From Parcubacteria group bacterium (lineage in GTDB: Bacteria; Patescibacteriota; Patescibacteriia; Buchananbacterales; UBA6539), in the NCBI GenBank assembly GCA_002687175.1, contig NYZP01000002.1, positions 1,171 through 65,170 on the forward strand: a stretch of DNA of 64,000 nt, in the 5' to 3' direction. A program made the position numbers and the translations under genes. Shown here in pieces: positions 40,554 to 51,106 of the stretch. The stretch's first letter is position 1. Each line of letters opens with the position of its first letter. Under the pieces are notes generated by a model. That model was not told where the DNA came from. It worked only from the letters and a program-made list of their open reading frames with translations, and ran no database searches.

Positions 40554-40588
40554 TCTTGACACTACGGTAAAAAGGGTGTAATATATAT
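40554..40588 (+). promoter_or_regulatory. Candidate rRNA promoter (TTGACA, 17-nt spacer, TAATAT), about 370 nt upstream of the 16S gene.
   Basis: cTTGACActacggtaaaaagggtgTAATATat. Confidence 0.4.
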
Positions 40589-40949
40589 AGTAGGATAAAT
40601 ATTAATTTTGAAAACGCGTATAACCACTTCTCAATAACAATATTGCGTTATCCCAACTGAACCAGTTTGGGATGAGAAAAAACAGTGGTGTCTAAAGGAC
40701 TTTGGATCCCTCTGTTTTTTCTTCTGCTAATATTGACTTAATTTGATGAAAGCCTCGCGGTGACTCAAACTAAGCAAGAAGGAAAAGAACTTTGACAACC
40801 AAAATGTGACAAAAACCACATATATATTTTCATTAATTCCAATAAATTCAATTCATGTCCTCATGAAAATGGGGATTAAGGTGGCAACTACCTTTCTATT
40901 TATTAGTTGTAAAATTTTTTAAGAAATTTACTCTGTAAAATTCTTAAAT

Positions 40950-42431
<1,482 letters not shown>

Positions 42432-42526
42432 AGGGAGATATAAGGATGGAGAGCCGGAATTCCGCTCTTCATCACTAGTCGCCATTCTGAGCAATCAGAG
42501 TGAGGGAATTAGTGTAAATATGAATT

Positions 42527-42562
42527 GGTTTTCCGCCAGAGGCGGACCAGCCTCTGGCTGGT
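42527..42562. repeat. Double-hairpin repeat element, copy B (ccgcc-aga-ggcgg, then ccagcc-tct-ggctgg), followed by a terminator-like hairpin with a T7 run (42590-42615).
   Basis: The second stem carries compensatory changes relative to copy A (cccgcc/ggcggg versus ccagcc/ggctgg). Confidence 0.7.
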
Positions 42563-42763
42563 TGTCACATTTTGTTTGTTAAATAAAAGAACCGTCTTAA
42601 CGGCGGTTTTTTTGTTTGTTAGTATTGACAAAATTGAGATCCTGTGATAAACATAGATTGCCTTTTGTGAGGAAAGGAAAACATGGTGCGTTGCAGTACC
42701 TTTCAAGTAGATAAATCAGCTAGGCCACTTACGGCCACGCAACACCTCACAGGAGGAAGCACC

Positions 42764-43177
42764 ATGGGAAGCTTCGGCGGCTGGTTAACACCAGGAGGTG
42801 GATCATCAGGCCCTGACCCGCGAGAGCAGGTCGAGCGATCCATCAAAGAGCATGGTTGGGTTTTGGAAGCGGCTCGTGTAGCCTTTAATTCCCAAGACCC
42901 ACTCCATTGCTACTACGGTGAAGACTGCAACCCTGACGAATATCTTGGTTACGCTGAGGAATTTGTCAAAATGTTCGAACTGACAGATGTATATGTCGAT
43001 ACCATGGAAACGGTACGCGACAGACATCCAATAACTTCTCTGGACTTTGTCCGGGAAATTGTCAGACGAACATTTGGCCCTTGTCAGTTTATCAGGGGTT
43101 GGGTTTCTTCGGAAGACATTGAAAACATCGCTCAGACTTTGGTCAATGGCGGTGTTAAGATGTCAGCTGAAGGATAG
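42764..43177 (+). CDS. Hypothetical protein of 137 aa on a mid-GC island between the 16S gene and the tRNA cluster.
   Basis: Perfect AGGAGG RBS 7 nt before ATG 42764. The longer track ORF starts at 42683. TTGACA at 42626 upstream. No recognised domain. Confidence 0.5.
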   Translation: MGSFGGWLTPGGGSSGPDPREQVERSIKEHGWVLEAARVAFNSQDPLHCYYGEDCNPDEYLGYAEEFVKMFELTDVYVDTMETVRDRHPITSLDFVREIVRRTFGPCQFIRGWVSSEDIENIAQTLVNGGVKMSAEG

Positions 43178-43217
43178 GAGGATGCCTCCTCCTAACATGC
43201 AGTCGATGCCCAACCGC

Positions 43218-43265
43218 ATCTCACAACCGCTAGCGTATGTTTTTCGCCAGCGGTTATTTTTTAAA
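43218..43265 (+). terminator. Rho-independent terminator after the 137-aa gene.
   Basis: Stem aaccgctagcg...cgccagcggtt followed by a T6 run. Confidence 0.5.
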
Positions 43266-43319
43266 ATAATATTGACTAAACAGACTTTTATTGTTATATT
43301 AGTTTATGTTTAAAATTAA

Positions 43320-43396
43320 GGGCGATTAGCTCAGTTGGTTAGAGCGCGTCACTGATAATGACGAGGTCCGAGGTTCAAATCCTCGATCGCCCACCA
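43320..43396 (+). tRNA. tRNA-Ile (GAT), CCA encoded.
   Basis: Cloverleaf GGGCGAT...ATCGCCC with anticodon loop CTGATAA. Confidence 0.9.
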
Positions 43397-43452
43397 TTAT
43401 ATATTAATATGCCGAGTTAGCTCAGTGAGGTCCCAAACCTTCTGGTGAATCG

Positions 43453-43527
43453 GCCGAGTTAGCTCAGTGGTAGAGCGAAGGACTGAAAATCCTTGCGTCC
43501 CCAGTTCAATTCTGGGACTCGGCACCA
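43453..43527 (+). tRNA. tRNA-Phe (GAA), CCA encoded, embedded in a 17-bp inverted repeat.
   Basis: Cloverleaf GCCGAGT...ACTCGGC with anticodon loop CTGAAAA. Confidence 0.9.
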
Positions 43528-43624
43528 GAAGGTTTGGGATAAACTCCGGACTGAAATTATTGTATCTCAATTCAGTTCCGGGACTTGGTACAATATTTCT
43601 CTCCTAACGGAGTGAAAACATTGG

Positions 43625-43701
43625 CGGGGTGTGGCGCAGTTGGCTAGCGCGCGTCGTTTGGGACGATGAGGTCGTGGGTTCGAGTCCCACCACCCCGACC
43701 A
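43625..43701 (+). tRNA. tRNA-Pro (TGG), CCA encoded.
   Basis: Matches the E. coli tRNA-Pro architecture, with anticodon loop TTTGGGA. Confidence 0.9.
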
Positions 43702-43744
43702 TCACAACATAGCGTATTTATTATTGTTTGGACAGTATTAAAAT

Positions 43745-43772
43745 TGTCATCCCTGCGAAAGCAGGGATCCAG
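43745..43772. repeat. Left 28-bp terminal inverted repeat of the GIY-YIG cassette (tgtcatccctgcgaaagcagggatccag).
   Basis: Exact reverse complement of 44070-44097. Each arm is itself a hairpin. Confidence 0.8.
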
Positions 43773-43779
43773 AAACGCT

Positions 43780-44067
43780 ATGATGACCTATTACGTTTAT
43801 ATACTTGCCAGTAAAAGAAATGGAACGCTCTATGTTGGTGTTACTAATGACTTGGCAAGAAGGGCCTATGAGCATAGAGCAGGCTTAATTAAAGGTTTTA
43901 CAAAAAAATACGGGGTTAAGGTGCTAGTTTATTTTGAAGAGTTTGACGATATTGGTTTTGCAATTCAGAGGGAGAGAAATTTAAAAAAATGGAAACGTGA
44001 CTGGAAATTAAATCTAATTGAGAGTTCTAATCCGGACTGGGAAGATTTATACTTTGAATTAGATTAA
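43780..44067 (+). CDS. GIY-YIG nuclease family protein (UPF0213/YhbQ-like, about 95 aa).
   Basis: GIY-YIG motif YYVYILASKRNGTLYVGVTNDLARRAYEH. The start is the Met at 43780 or 43783; the upstream part of the track ORF overlaps tRNA-Pro. Confidence 0.8.
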   Translation: MMTYYVYILASKRNGTLYVGVTNDLARRAYEHRAGLIKGFTKKYGVKVLVYFEEFDDIGFAIQRERNLKKWKRDWKLNLIESSNPDWEDLYFELD

Positions 44068-44069
44068 TA

Positions 44070-44097
44070 CTGGATCCCTGCTTTCGCAGGGATGACA
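44070..44097. repeat. Right 28-bp terminal inverted repeat of the GIY-YIG cassette.
   Basis: ctggatccctgctttcgcagggatgaca, the reverse complement of the left arm. Confidence 0.8.
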
Positions 44098-44106
44098 GAA
44101 AAGTGT

Positions 44107-44181
44107 GCGGGTATAGTATAGTGGCTATTATGTCAGGTTTCCAACCTGAAGAGGCGGGTTCGATTCCCGCTACCCGCTCCA
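44107..44181 (+). tRNA. tRNA-Gly (TCC).
   Basis: Near-identical architecture to E. coli glyT, with anticodon loop TTTCCAA. Followed by a terminator at 44195-44230. Confidence 0.9.
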
Positions 44182-44280
44182 AGAGTAAATCGCCTTCAGG
44201 CCCGCTTAGTCGCGAGACTAGCGGTTTTTTGATATAATTCAATCAGCAAAAATTCTAAAAAAGAAAGTAGCAACTAAAGC

Positions 44281-45201
44281 ATGAATGATAAGATAATCTT
44301 CGTAATAGGTCATCCTAGGTCGGGCACAACTTTATTAAATAAGGTGTTGTTAGCCCATCCTAAAATTAACTTTATTACTTTTGAGTTTAACGATTTATCT
44401 TATTTTTACTTTAATCAACATTTATATGAAAAATATGGTAAAGAAAAATATTTAATGATGACTAAAGATTTTTTTAAACATCCTTGGATTCAACTATCTT
44501 TGATTCAACAACCAGTAGAAAGCATCAAGACAAGTAATATCAATACAAATAATTTTCAACAGTTCGTCCATAGTTTTTTAAATGAATTTAGACTTCCAAA
44601 AGATAACAATCTAATTGGCATAAAGATATCTGATAATATTACCAATAATGTTTCGATGATCGCTCAAATTTTTAAGGATGCTCACTGTGTTCATATTATT
44701 CGTGATCCACGGGATATTTTTCTTTCAACGAAAAAAAACTTTGGAACAGTCAGCCCTTTTTATGGAGGAAAATCTTGGGCGGAAAATGTCAGCCAGATTA
44801 TGTCACTTAAGAATGAGTTGAAGCATTATTATGAATTACGATACGAACAATTTGTGACTAATTCAAAAGAAGAGTTAGAAAAACTGTGCTCTTTTTTAGG
44901 GGTAGATTTTGATAATCAAATGTTAGAGTTTTATAAAAAAATAATTAATCCTTCTAAGTCTCATTCTCTCCTGACAAAAAAAATTGTTACTAATAATTTT
45001 AACAAATGGCAAACAAATCTTAGTGATAAAAAGTTGGAATTACTCTATGCTGGAGCCGGTGCCAAGATTTTTCAGCTTGGATATTCTGACAAAGAACATA
45101 ATAGCAGAATAAGTTTCTTGGAAAGATTAAAGGAATTTATTTTGGAGAAAAGCAGATTGTCAGTGCCGCTGGTTTTAGTCCGGCAGAGTTTGCCCAGGTA
45201 A
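44281..45201 (+). CDS. Sulfotransferase-family protein. The last 50 nt or so of the ORF run into the GC-rich pyrD remnant.
   Basis: 5'-PSB motif HPRSGTTLL and 3'-PB-like RDPRD. AT-rich until about 45150. Confidence 0.6.
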   Translation: MNDKIIFVIGHPRSGTTLLNKVLLAHPKINFITFEFNDLSYFYFNQHLYEKYGKEKYLMMTKDFFKHPWIQLSLIQQPVESIKTSNINTNNFQQFVHSFLNEFRLPKDNNLIGIKISDNITNNVSMIAQIFKDAHCVHIIRDPRDIFLSTKKNFGTVSPFYGGKSWAENVSQIMSLKNELKHYYELRYEQFVTNSKEELEKLCSFLGVDFDNQMLEFYKKIINPSKSHSLLTKKIVTNNFNKWQTNLSDKKLELLYAGAGAKIFQLGYSDKEHNSRISFLERLKEFILEKSRLSVPLVLVRQSLPR

Positions 45202-45779
45202 CGGGAGTAATTTTTAACGCCGGTGCCGACGTTGCTGAAGAGAACCTAGGCTGTCCCAACGTTTGGGATGGTGGTGCACAAAAAGGTATCGCCTCTTTTA
45301 GCCCCGTGGCGACTCACGAGATACTTGAAGCAGTCGAGAGAGAAGTTGGCGTTGATGCCAACATTTTGGTCAAGCTCTCGCCTTTTTCTAACCCGGCAGA
45401 CCTGAGCGAAGTTGCCTCAGTGCTTGGAGAGTCTAAGTTAGTCAAAGCGGTAGTTACCTGTAATACTTTTCCCAACGCTTTTGCCATTGACGGAGATGGC
45501 GATCCCTGGATTTCCCCTGGCGGTGGTTTGGCGGGAATGGCAGGACCGGCTCTTAAGCCAATTGGCATGGGTCAAGTTAAGCAGTTTCGGGCTCAGCTTC
45601 CAGAGCGTATTCAGATCGTTGGCGTTGGTGGAATTCGTTCAGGGCAGGATGTTCTTGATTATTTACGAGCCGGTGCGGACGCGGTGGCCATTGCCACCAG
45701 CTTAGTGGAGGAAGGTCCGGCGGTGTTCAGCAGAATACTTTCCGAGTATGTCGATTTGGTCGAATCGGGAGAAAATTAA
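45186..45779 (+). pseudogene. pyrD: Promoterless 3' fragment (about the C-terminal half) of dihydroorotate dehydrogenase (PyrD), mid-GC.
   Basis: Translation covers ...IFNAGADVAEENLGCPNVWDGG...GGLAGMAGPALKPIGMGQVKQFR...QIVGVGGIRSGQDVLDYLRAGADAVAIATSL. The N-terminal FMN-binding half is absent, and the fragment is out of frame with the upstream sulfotransferase ORF. Confidence 0.5.
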
Positions 45780-45831
45780 TCCGGAGGAGTTGACAGTAGT
45801 TACTGTCGTTGGCTTGATTGACTGAAAATGG

Positions 45832-46446
45832 TTGATCAAGTTTTTTTTGTCACTATTGACAAAAAAGGTTATATATGCTAAGGTGTTTAACTTTCTCAAA
45901 AGGGAATTTTTTAATACTTTATCTATGAAAACCATTAAATCACTGAGAAAAATTAGTAATCATAAACTTGAACTATTAGTGCTTTTTGCTCTGGTTTTTG
46001 AGTTTATTTTTCCTCGCTACAGTTTAGCGGTTGATCCAATTGAGCTGGATCAAAGCATTATGTTGCCCGAATTAGTCATCAAGTCTGTTATAGAGGAAAA
46101 TAGTGAGGTTTCTTTAATCGCTCCATCTAGAGAAGTTGAAATTTTAAATACTTATCACGTACCAATCACCGCTTATTCCTCAACTGTTGACCAAACTGAC
46201 AGCACTCCTTGTATTACCGCCAATGGTTTCGATTTGTGTGCGCACAATCAAGAAGATGTTATTGCTGCTAATTTTTTACCATTTGGTACTAAGGTCAGAA
46301 TTCCCGAATATTATGGTGATCGGATTTTTACTGTTCAGGACAGAATGAATGCTCGATATTACTACCGAGCTGATATCTGGATGAAGGTCAGAGCTGATGC
46401 TATCAAATGGGGCTTGATTTATACAACTATTGAAGTTGTTGACTAA
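45832..46446 (+). CDS. 3D-domain (RlpA/MltA-like double-psi beta-barrel) secreted protein. The likely start is at 45925.
   Basis: C-terminal 3D-domain pattern with conserved Asp residues (TVQDRMNARYYYRADIWM). Confidence 0.65.
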   Translation: MIKFFLSLLTKKVIYAKVFNFLKREFFNTLSMKTIKSLRKISNHKLELLVLFALVFEFIFPRYSLAVDPIELDQSIMLPELVIKSVIEENSEVSLIAPSREVEILNTYHVPITAYSSTVDQTDSTPCITANGFDLCAHNQEDVIAANFLPFGTKVRIPEYYGDRIFTVQDRMNARYYYRADIWMKVRADAIKWGLIYTTIEVVD

Positions 46447-46538
46447 ATTGAATAAAAAACATGGTGGCTTGTCGCCGAATCTTTTAGTAGAGGTTAGGTT
46501 GATTTAAAAGCCTTTTTTTGTTAGACTAATCTAGTCCT

Positions 46539-46613
<75 letters not shown>

Positions 46614-46658
46614 ATTAGCAAATGGCAAATAGCATTTTGCAAATCTGCTACAATCGAT

Positions 46659-46707
46659 TAGCCATTAGCCATTAGCCATTAGCCATTAGCCATTAGCCAT
46701 TAGCCAT
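46659..46707. repeat. (TAGCCAT)x7 tandem heptamer ending 2 nt before the infB ATG.
   Basis: Read directly. Places TAG in all frames. Confidence 0.9.
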
Positions 46708-46709
46708 TT

Positions 46710-48701
46710 ATGAATGTAACCGAATTAGCTAGACGTTTAAAGATACCCAGCAAAGAACTGCTCGAAATTTTACCAGCAGTTGGTTTTGATATTGGTCGTC
46801 GAGCAATTAAAATTGACAACCGTCAAGCTCAACGAATTGTTGAACAGTGGCCTCGTCTTTATGCTAAGTATAAAGAATCAATTGATGAAGAAAAAGAGGA
46901 AGAAATTCTTGCCGAAGAAATACCGGCCGAGCAAAAACAGGTCACAATTCCTCAAACTGTCAGAGTCAAGGATTTTGCTGATATGCTAAAGTTACCTTTG
47001 CCAAAAGTTATGGCTGAGTTGATGAAAAATGGTGTGTTGTCTTCAATGAATGAGGAAATTGATTTTGACACTGCCGCTATTGTTGGTGAAGAGCTGGGCT
47101 ATGAAATATTGTCTGGATCCTCTAAAGGTGAGGAAAATGAAAAAACTACTTCTGAAAAACTGGAAACTTTATTAACCGAAGATGACAAAGCTAAGCTAGA
47201 ATCTCGACCGCCGGTAATCGTTATAATGGGTCATGTTGACCATGGTAAGACTAAGTTACTTGATGCCATTCGAACAACTAATGTGGTGGCTGGAGAAAGT
47301 GGTGGAATCACTCAGCACATTGGAGCCTATCAGGTGAAAAAAAATAATAAGTTAATTACGTTTATTGATACTCCCGGTCATGAAGCTTTTACCACTATGC
47401 GTTCTCGGGGAGCTAGAGTTGCCGATATTGCAATATTGGTGATTGCCGCTGATGACAGTATTCAACCTCAAACAAAAGAGTCAATTAAAATTATTAAATC
47501 GGCCGGACTACCAATGATTGTGGCGATTAATAAAATAGACAAACCAGACGCTAATCCAGAAAAAGTTAAGCAGGATTTAGCCAGCCTTAATTTAACTCCC
47601 GAAGAATGGGGTGGTAGCACAATTATCGTACCAATTTCCGCTAAGGAAGGTACTGGCCTTGATGATTTATTAGAAATGGTTTTATTGGTTGCTGAGACTG
47701 AAAAAGATCAAATTTTGGCTAATCCAAATAAATCGGCAGTCGGTACTATTATTGAATCCCATGTTAATCCAGGCGAAGGGCCAGTGGCCACTATTTTAGT
47801 ACAAAGTGGTACTTTAAAAACCGGTGATCAAGTTGAAGTGGCTGGCACGTTTTATGGCCGAATTAGAGTAATGAAAGATTATAATAACAAGAATATTGAT
47901 TCAGTAGGTCCTTCAGCGCCAGTTAAAATTTTAGGACTAAAGGCTGCTCCCAGTGTTGGTGATATTTTGCAGGTAACGTCAACCGGTGGTAAAAATAAAA
48001 AAGTAAAAAAATATGAACTGCGTCAACAAGCGGTGGCCTATAGTAAGTTAGCAGAAGTCAGCGAAAATGACAGCAAAGATTTAAAACCTTTAAATATAGT
48101 TTTAAAAGCCGATGTTTTAGGTTCTCTAGAGGCGATCATTGCTTCTTTAACTAAACTGGAACATCCAGAAGTTTTTTTAAATATTGTTAGCAAGGGCTTA
48201 GGTAATATTACCGAGGGAGACATTAATCGGGCTGAGGCAAGCCAGGCAATTATTATTGGTTTTCATACCAAGCCATCTCAACAAGTTGAAAATTTAGCCA
48301 AGGAAAAAAAGGTTACGATTGAACTTTATGAGGTTATCTATAAATTAATTGAAGAAGTTAAAGCTAAACTGGAACAATTGTTATCTCCAGAAGTTATCAA
48401 AACGGAACTCGGTAAATTGAAAGTTTTGGCAGTTTTTAATAAGGCTGACAAATCAATGGTAATTGGTGGTAGCGTCACTAAAGGAAAAATTATTTCCGGA
48501 GCAAAAGTAAATGTGTTACGCGACAAAAAAATAATGGCCAAAGGGGTCGTTACCCAAGTCCAAGTTAATAAGGTTGATGTCAATGAAGCAACAGCTGGTC
48601 AAGAATGTGGCCTTAAGTATGAAGGTAAGACAGTGATTACCGAAGGTGATACCTTGGAAGTGTATCAAGAGGAAATAAAGGATAAAAAATTAGACAGCTA
48701 A
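46710..48701 (+). CDS. infB: Translation initiation factor IF-2.
   Basis: GTPase motifs GHVDHGKT, DTPGH and NKID, and IF-2 C-terminal domains. Confidence 0.95.
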   Translation: MNVTELARRLKIPSKELLEILPAVGFDIGRRAIKIDNRQAQRIVEQWPRLYAKYKESIDEEKEEEILAEEIPAEQKQVTIPQTVRVKDFADMLKLPLPKVMAELMKNGVLSSMNEEIDFDTAAIVGEELGYEILSGSSKGEENEKTTSEKLETLLTEDDKAKLESRPPVIVIMGHVDHGKTKLLDAIRTTNVVAGESGGITQHIGAYQVKKNNKLITFIDTPGHEAFTTMRSRGARVADIAILVIAADDSIQPQTKESIKIIKSAGLPMIVAINKIDKPDANPEKVKQDLASLNLTPEEWGGSTIIVPISAKEGTGLDDLLEMVLLVAETEKDQILANPNKSAVGTIIESHVNPGEGPVATILVQSGTLKTGDQVEVAGTFYGRIRVMKDYNNKNIDSVGPSAPVKILGLKAAPSVGDILQVTSTGGKNKKVKKYELRQQAVAYSKLAEVSENDSKDLKPLNIVLKADVLGSLEAIIASLTKLEHPEVFLNIVSKGLGNITEGDINRAEASQAIIIGFHTKPSQQVENLAKEKKVTIELYEVIYKLIEEVKAKLEQLLSPEVIKTELGKLKVLAVFNKADKSMVIGGSVTKGKIISGAKVNVLRDKKIMAKGVVTQVQVNKVDVNEATAGQECGLKYEGKTVITEGDTLEVYQEEIKDKKLDS

Positions 48702-48702
48702 A

Positions 48703-49044
48703 ATGTCTCATCGAATTTTACAGATTAATGAGCTAATTAGGCAAGAGCTTAATAACCTAATCTTAACTGAGATTGAATTGCCCAAGAATAGTTTAGCCAC
48801 TATTATAAAAGTTGAAACTTCTAAAGACTTGCGGCATGCCAAGGTTTGGTTAAGTATAATACCAACCAGTTACACTAAGAAAGTTTTAGATAGATTCAGG
48901 GGTAAAGCTGGACATTTACAATATCTGCTAAATAAAAAATTGACAATGAAGCCATTGCCTCGTTTAAGTTTTGATATTGATGAAACCGAAAGAAAAGCCG
49001 GAGGCATAGAAGAACTACTTGACCGAATTAGAGAAAAAGGTTAG
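48703..49044 (+). CDS. rbfA: Ribosome-binding factor A.
   Basis: KH-like RbfA fold pattern and infB-rbfA synteny. Confidence 0.85.
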   Translation: MSHRILQINELIRQELNNLILTEIELPKNSLATIIKVETSKDLRHAKVWLSIIPTSYTKKVLDRFRGKAGHLQYLLNKKLTMKPLPRLSFDIDETERKAGGIEELLDRIREKG

Positions 49045-49049
49045 GATAG

Positions 49050-50027
49050 TTGGCTATGGAAATTTCCGAAGTAAGTCAAAAAATTCATTCGCAAATAAAT
49101 AAAGCGGAACATATTTTACTAATTGCCCATCAAAATCCCGATGCTGACTGTTTGGGTAGTTTGGTGGTATTTAGTTCTTGGTTGGAATCTTTAAATAAGA
49201 ACCATACCAGATTTTGTTTACATCAACCACCACCAAATCTAACTTGGTTAGTTAATTTTGAACCTTTGGTTAATGACCCCGAATACTTGATCAAGCAGCC
49301 TTATGATTTGGTGATAGTTTTAGACTCTGGTGATTTAAAATATGCAGGTGTAGACAATATTTTACCAAAACTTAGTCCTCAGCCAAAAGTTATTAATATT
49401 GATCACCATGCCACTAACCAGAATTTTGGTGATATTAATCTAGTAAACACCCAATCAGTTTCGACGACCGAAATAGTTTACCAACTTTTTAAGACCTTAA
49501 AGATCAGGATTGATGCCAAGGTGGCCAGCGCGATGTTGGCAGGCATCATCTATGATACCTATAATTTTACCAACCCTAATACTAATCATCAATCATTGGA
49601 AACTGCTTCTCAGCTACTTTTGTCCGGTGCCCAGCTAGGCACTGTCAGTGATTCAATCCTAAAAACTAAAAGTATTGATACTTTAAAAATTTGGGGAGAA
49701 ATTTTAACACGCTTAAGTCACTGCCATAAATTTAATGTAGTCAGTACAGTTGTTACCCGTCAGGACTTAGCCGATAATTTAGCTGATAGTGAAGTAACCG
49801 AAGGAGTAGCTAATTTTTTAAATAATTTAACAGGCGTCAAGGCTGCGCTGATCTTACAAGAACAGGCAGACGGTTCTATCAAGGGTAGTTTTCGAACTAA
49901 TAATGACTTGATTGATGTCTCAAAATTAGCTAGAATATTAGGTGGTGGAGGCCACAAGAAGGCCGCCGGGTTTAAGATCAAAGGCCAGCTAAAAAAGACG
50001 AGAAGTGGAAGTTGGCAGATTGTGTAA
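49050..50027 (+). CDS. nrnA: DHH-family phosphoesterase (NrnA-like oligoribonuclease/pAp phosphatase).
   Basis: DHH motifs (HQNPDADCLGS, DHH at INIDHHATN) and a GGGH DHHA1 tail. Confidence 0.75.
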   Translation: MAMEISEVSQKIHSQINKAEHILLIAHQNPDADCLGSLVVFSSWLESLNKNHTRFCLHQPPPNLTWLVNFEPLVNDPEYLIKQPYDLVIVLDSGDLKYAGVDNILPKLSPQPKVINIDHHATNQNFGDINLVNTQSVSTTEIVYQLFKTLKIRIDAKVASAMLAGIIYDTYNFTNPNTNHQSLETASQLLLSGAQLGTVSDSILKTKSIDTLKIWGEILTRLSHCHKFNVVSTVVTRQDLADNLADSEVTEGVANFLNNLTGVKAALILQEQADGSIKGSFRTNNDLIDVSKLARILGGGGHKKAAGFKIKGQLKKTRSGSWQIV

Positions 50028-50083
50028 GTGAATATAGAATCTGGAATGTGGAATTAGGATAAAAGTCTAATCCCCTATTCCAG

Positions 50084-50104
50084 ATTCCTAATTCCTAATT
50101 CCTA
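50084..50104. repeat. (ATTCCTA)x3 tandem heptamer immediately upstream of clpP, embedded in a larger palindrome (about 50041-50096).
   Basis: Read directly. ggaattagga and tcctaattcc inverted copies. Confidence 0.8.
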
Positions 50105-50108
50105 TATT

Positions 50109-50684
50109 ATGCATTTAATACCAACAGTTATCGAAAAATCAAATTACGGTGAGCGAGCCTATGATATCTATTCTCGTCTGCTTAAGGATAGAATTATTTT
50201 TCTAGGTTCACCAATTGACGACGTGGTCGCTAATACGGTTATTGCACAGCTTTTATTTTTAGAAAGCGAAGATGCTAAAAAAGATATTAAGCTTTATGTT
50301 AACAGTCCTGGTGGTTCGGTTACTTCAGGTTTAGCAATTTATGACACTATGGAATATGTTAAACCAGATATCATGACCATCTGTATCGGAACCGCTGCTT
50401 CTATGGGCGCTGTCTTATTAGCGGCTGGAGCTAAAGGAAAAAGAATAGCTTTACCCAATGCCGAAGTAATGCTACATCAGGTAATGGGTGGAGCAGAAGG
50501 TCAAGCCACTGACGTTAAGATTAGAGCGGAACATATTTTAAAAATCAAAGACCGGTTAAATTTGATTTTAGCAAAACATACCAGTCAACCGGTTAAGAAA
50601 ATTGAGGAAGATACAGATAGAGACAATTTTATGAATACCGAGCAAGCTAAAAGTTATGGTTTGGTTGACAAAATTATCAAGTAG
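50109..50684 (+). CDS. clpP: ATP-dependent Clp protease proteolytic subunit.
   Basis: Catalytic Ser/His/Asp context ([16 protein letters not shown]) and length. Confidence 0.95.
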   Translation: MHLIPTVIEKSNYGERAYDIYSRLLKDRIIFLGSPIDDVVANTVIAQLLFLESEDAKKDIKLYVNSPGGSVTSGLAIYDTMEYVKPDIMTICIGTAASMGAVLLAAGAKGKRIALPNAEVMLHQVMGGAEGQATDVKIRAEHILKIKDRLNLILAKHTSQPVKKIEEDTDRDNFMNTEQAKSYGLVDKIIK

Positions 50685-50960
50685 TGCTAACATTGAATAA
50701 CTTTAACAACTTTAAAATCTATGAACAGGAATAGTAGGTTTTGATCTGTAATAATAGAGAGCCGGGAATGGTGGAAGCCTGGCATTACCACAAAACTGAA
50801 ACGAGCCTGGGAGATGGTTTGGTGAACATTAATTAGCCAAACCCGGCAGCGTCCGTAATCAAGCGTTAACTATTATCGCTTTGTCATTCTGAACTTGATT
50901 CAGGATCTCATTGGACTGAGATAGTGAAAGCGAACAAAATTTACCGTTTACTTGACGGTT

Positions 50961-50990
50961 TTTTTGTTAATAAAGGTGGTACCGCGGACC
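50961..50990 (+). terminator. Rho-independent terminator closing a roughly 250-nt noncoding transcript downstream of clpP.
   Basis: Stem accgtttacttgacggt followed by a T7 run. Confidence 0.5.
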
Positions 50991-51106
50991 TCTTGATTTA
51001 TTTTGAGATAGAATCCCGTCCTTTAGACACAATATTTATTGTGTTTAGAGGGTGGGATTTTTTCGTGCCCATATTAATCGTTCTTTTAAATAAGGAGAAG
51101 AGCTTT

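Noticed and set aside
50690-51100. tmRNA, SRP RNA or RNase P RNA in the clpP-GNAT spacer.
   Set aside because: None of the signature sequences is present (tRNA-like 3' end with GGTTCGA...CCA, SRP domain IV GGAAGGAAGCAGC, RNase P GGAAAGTCCGG). It is kept only as a generic candidate sRNA.
50924-51106. N-terminal 61 codons of the track ORF 50924-51577.
   Set aside because: This stretch spans a rho-independent terminator and lacks an RBS. The AAGGAG-ATG at 51107 is the convincing GNAT start.
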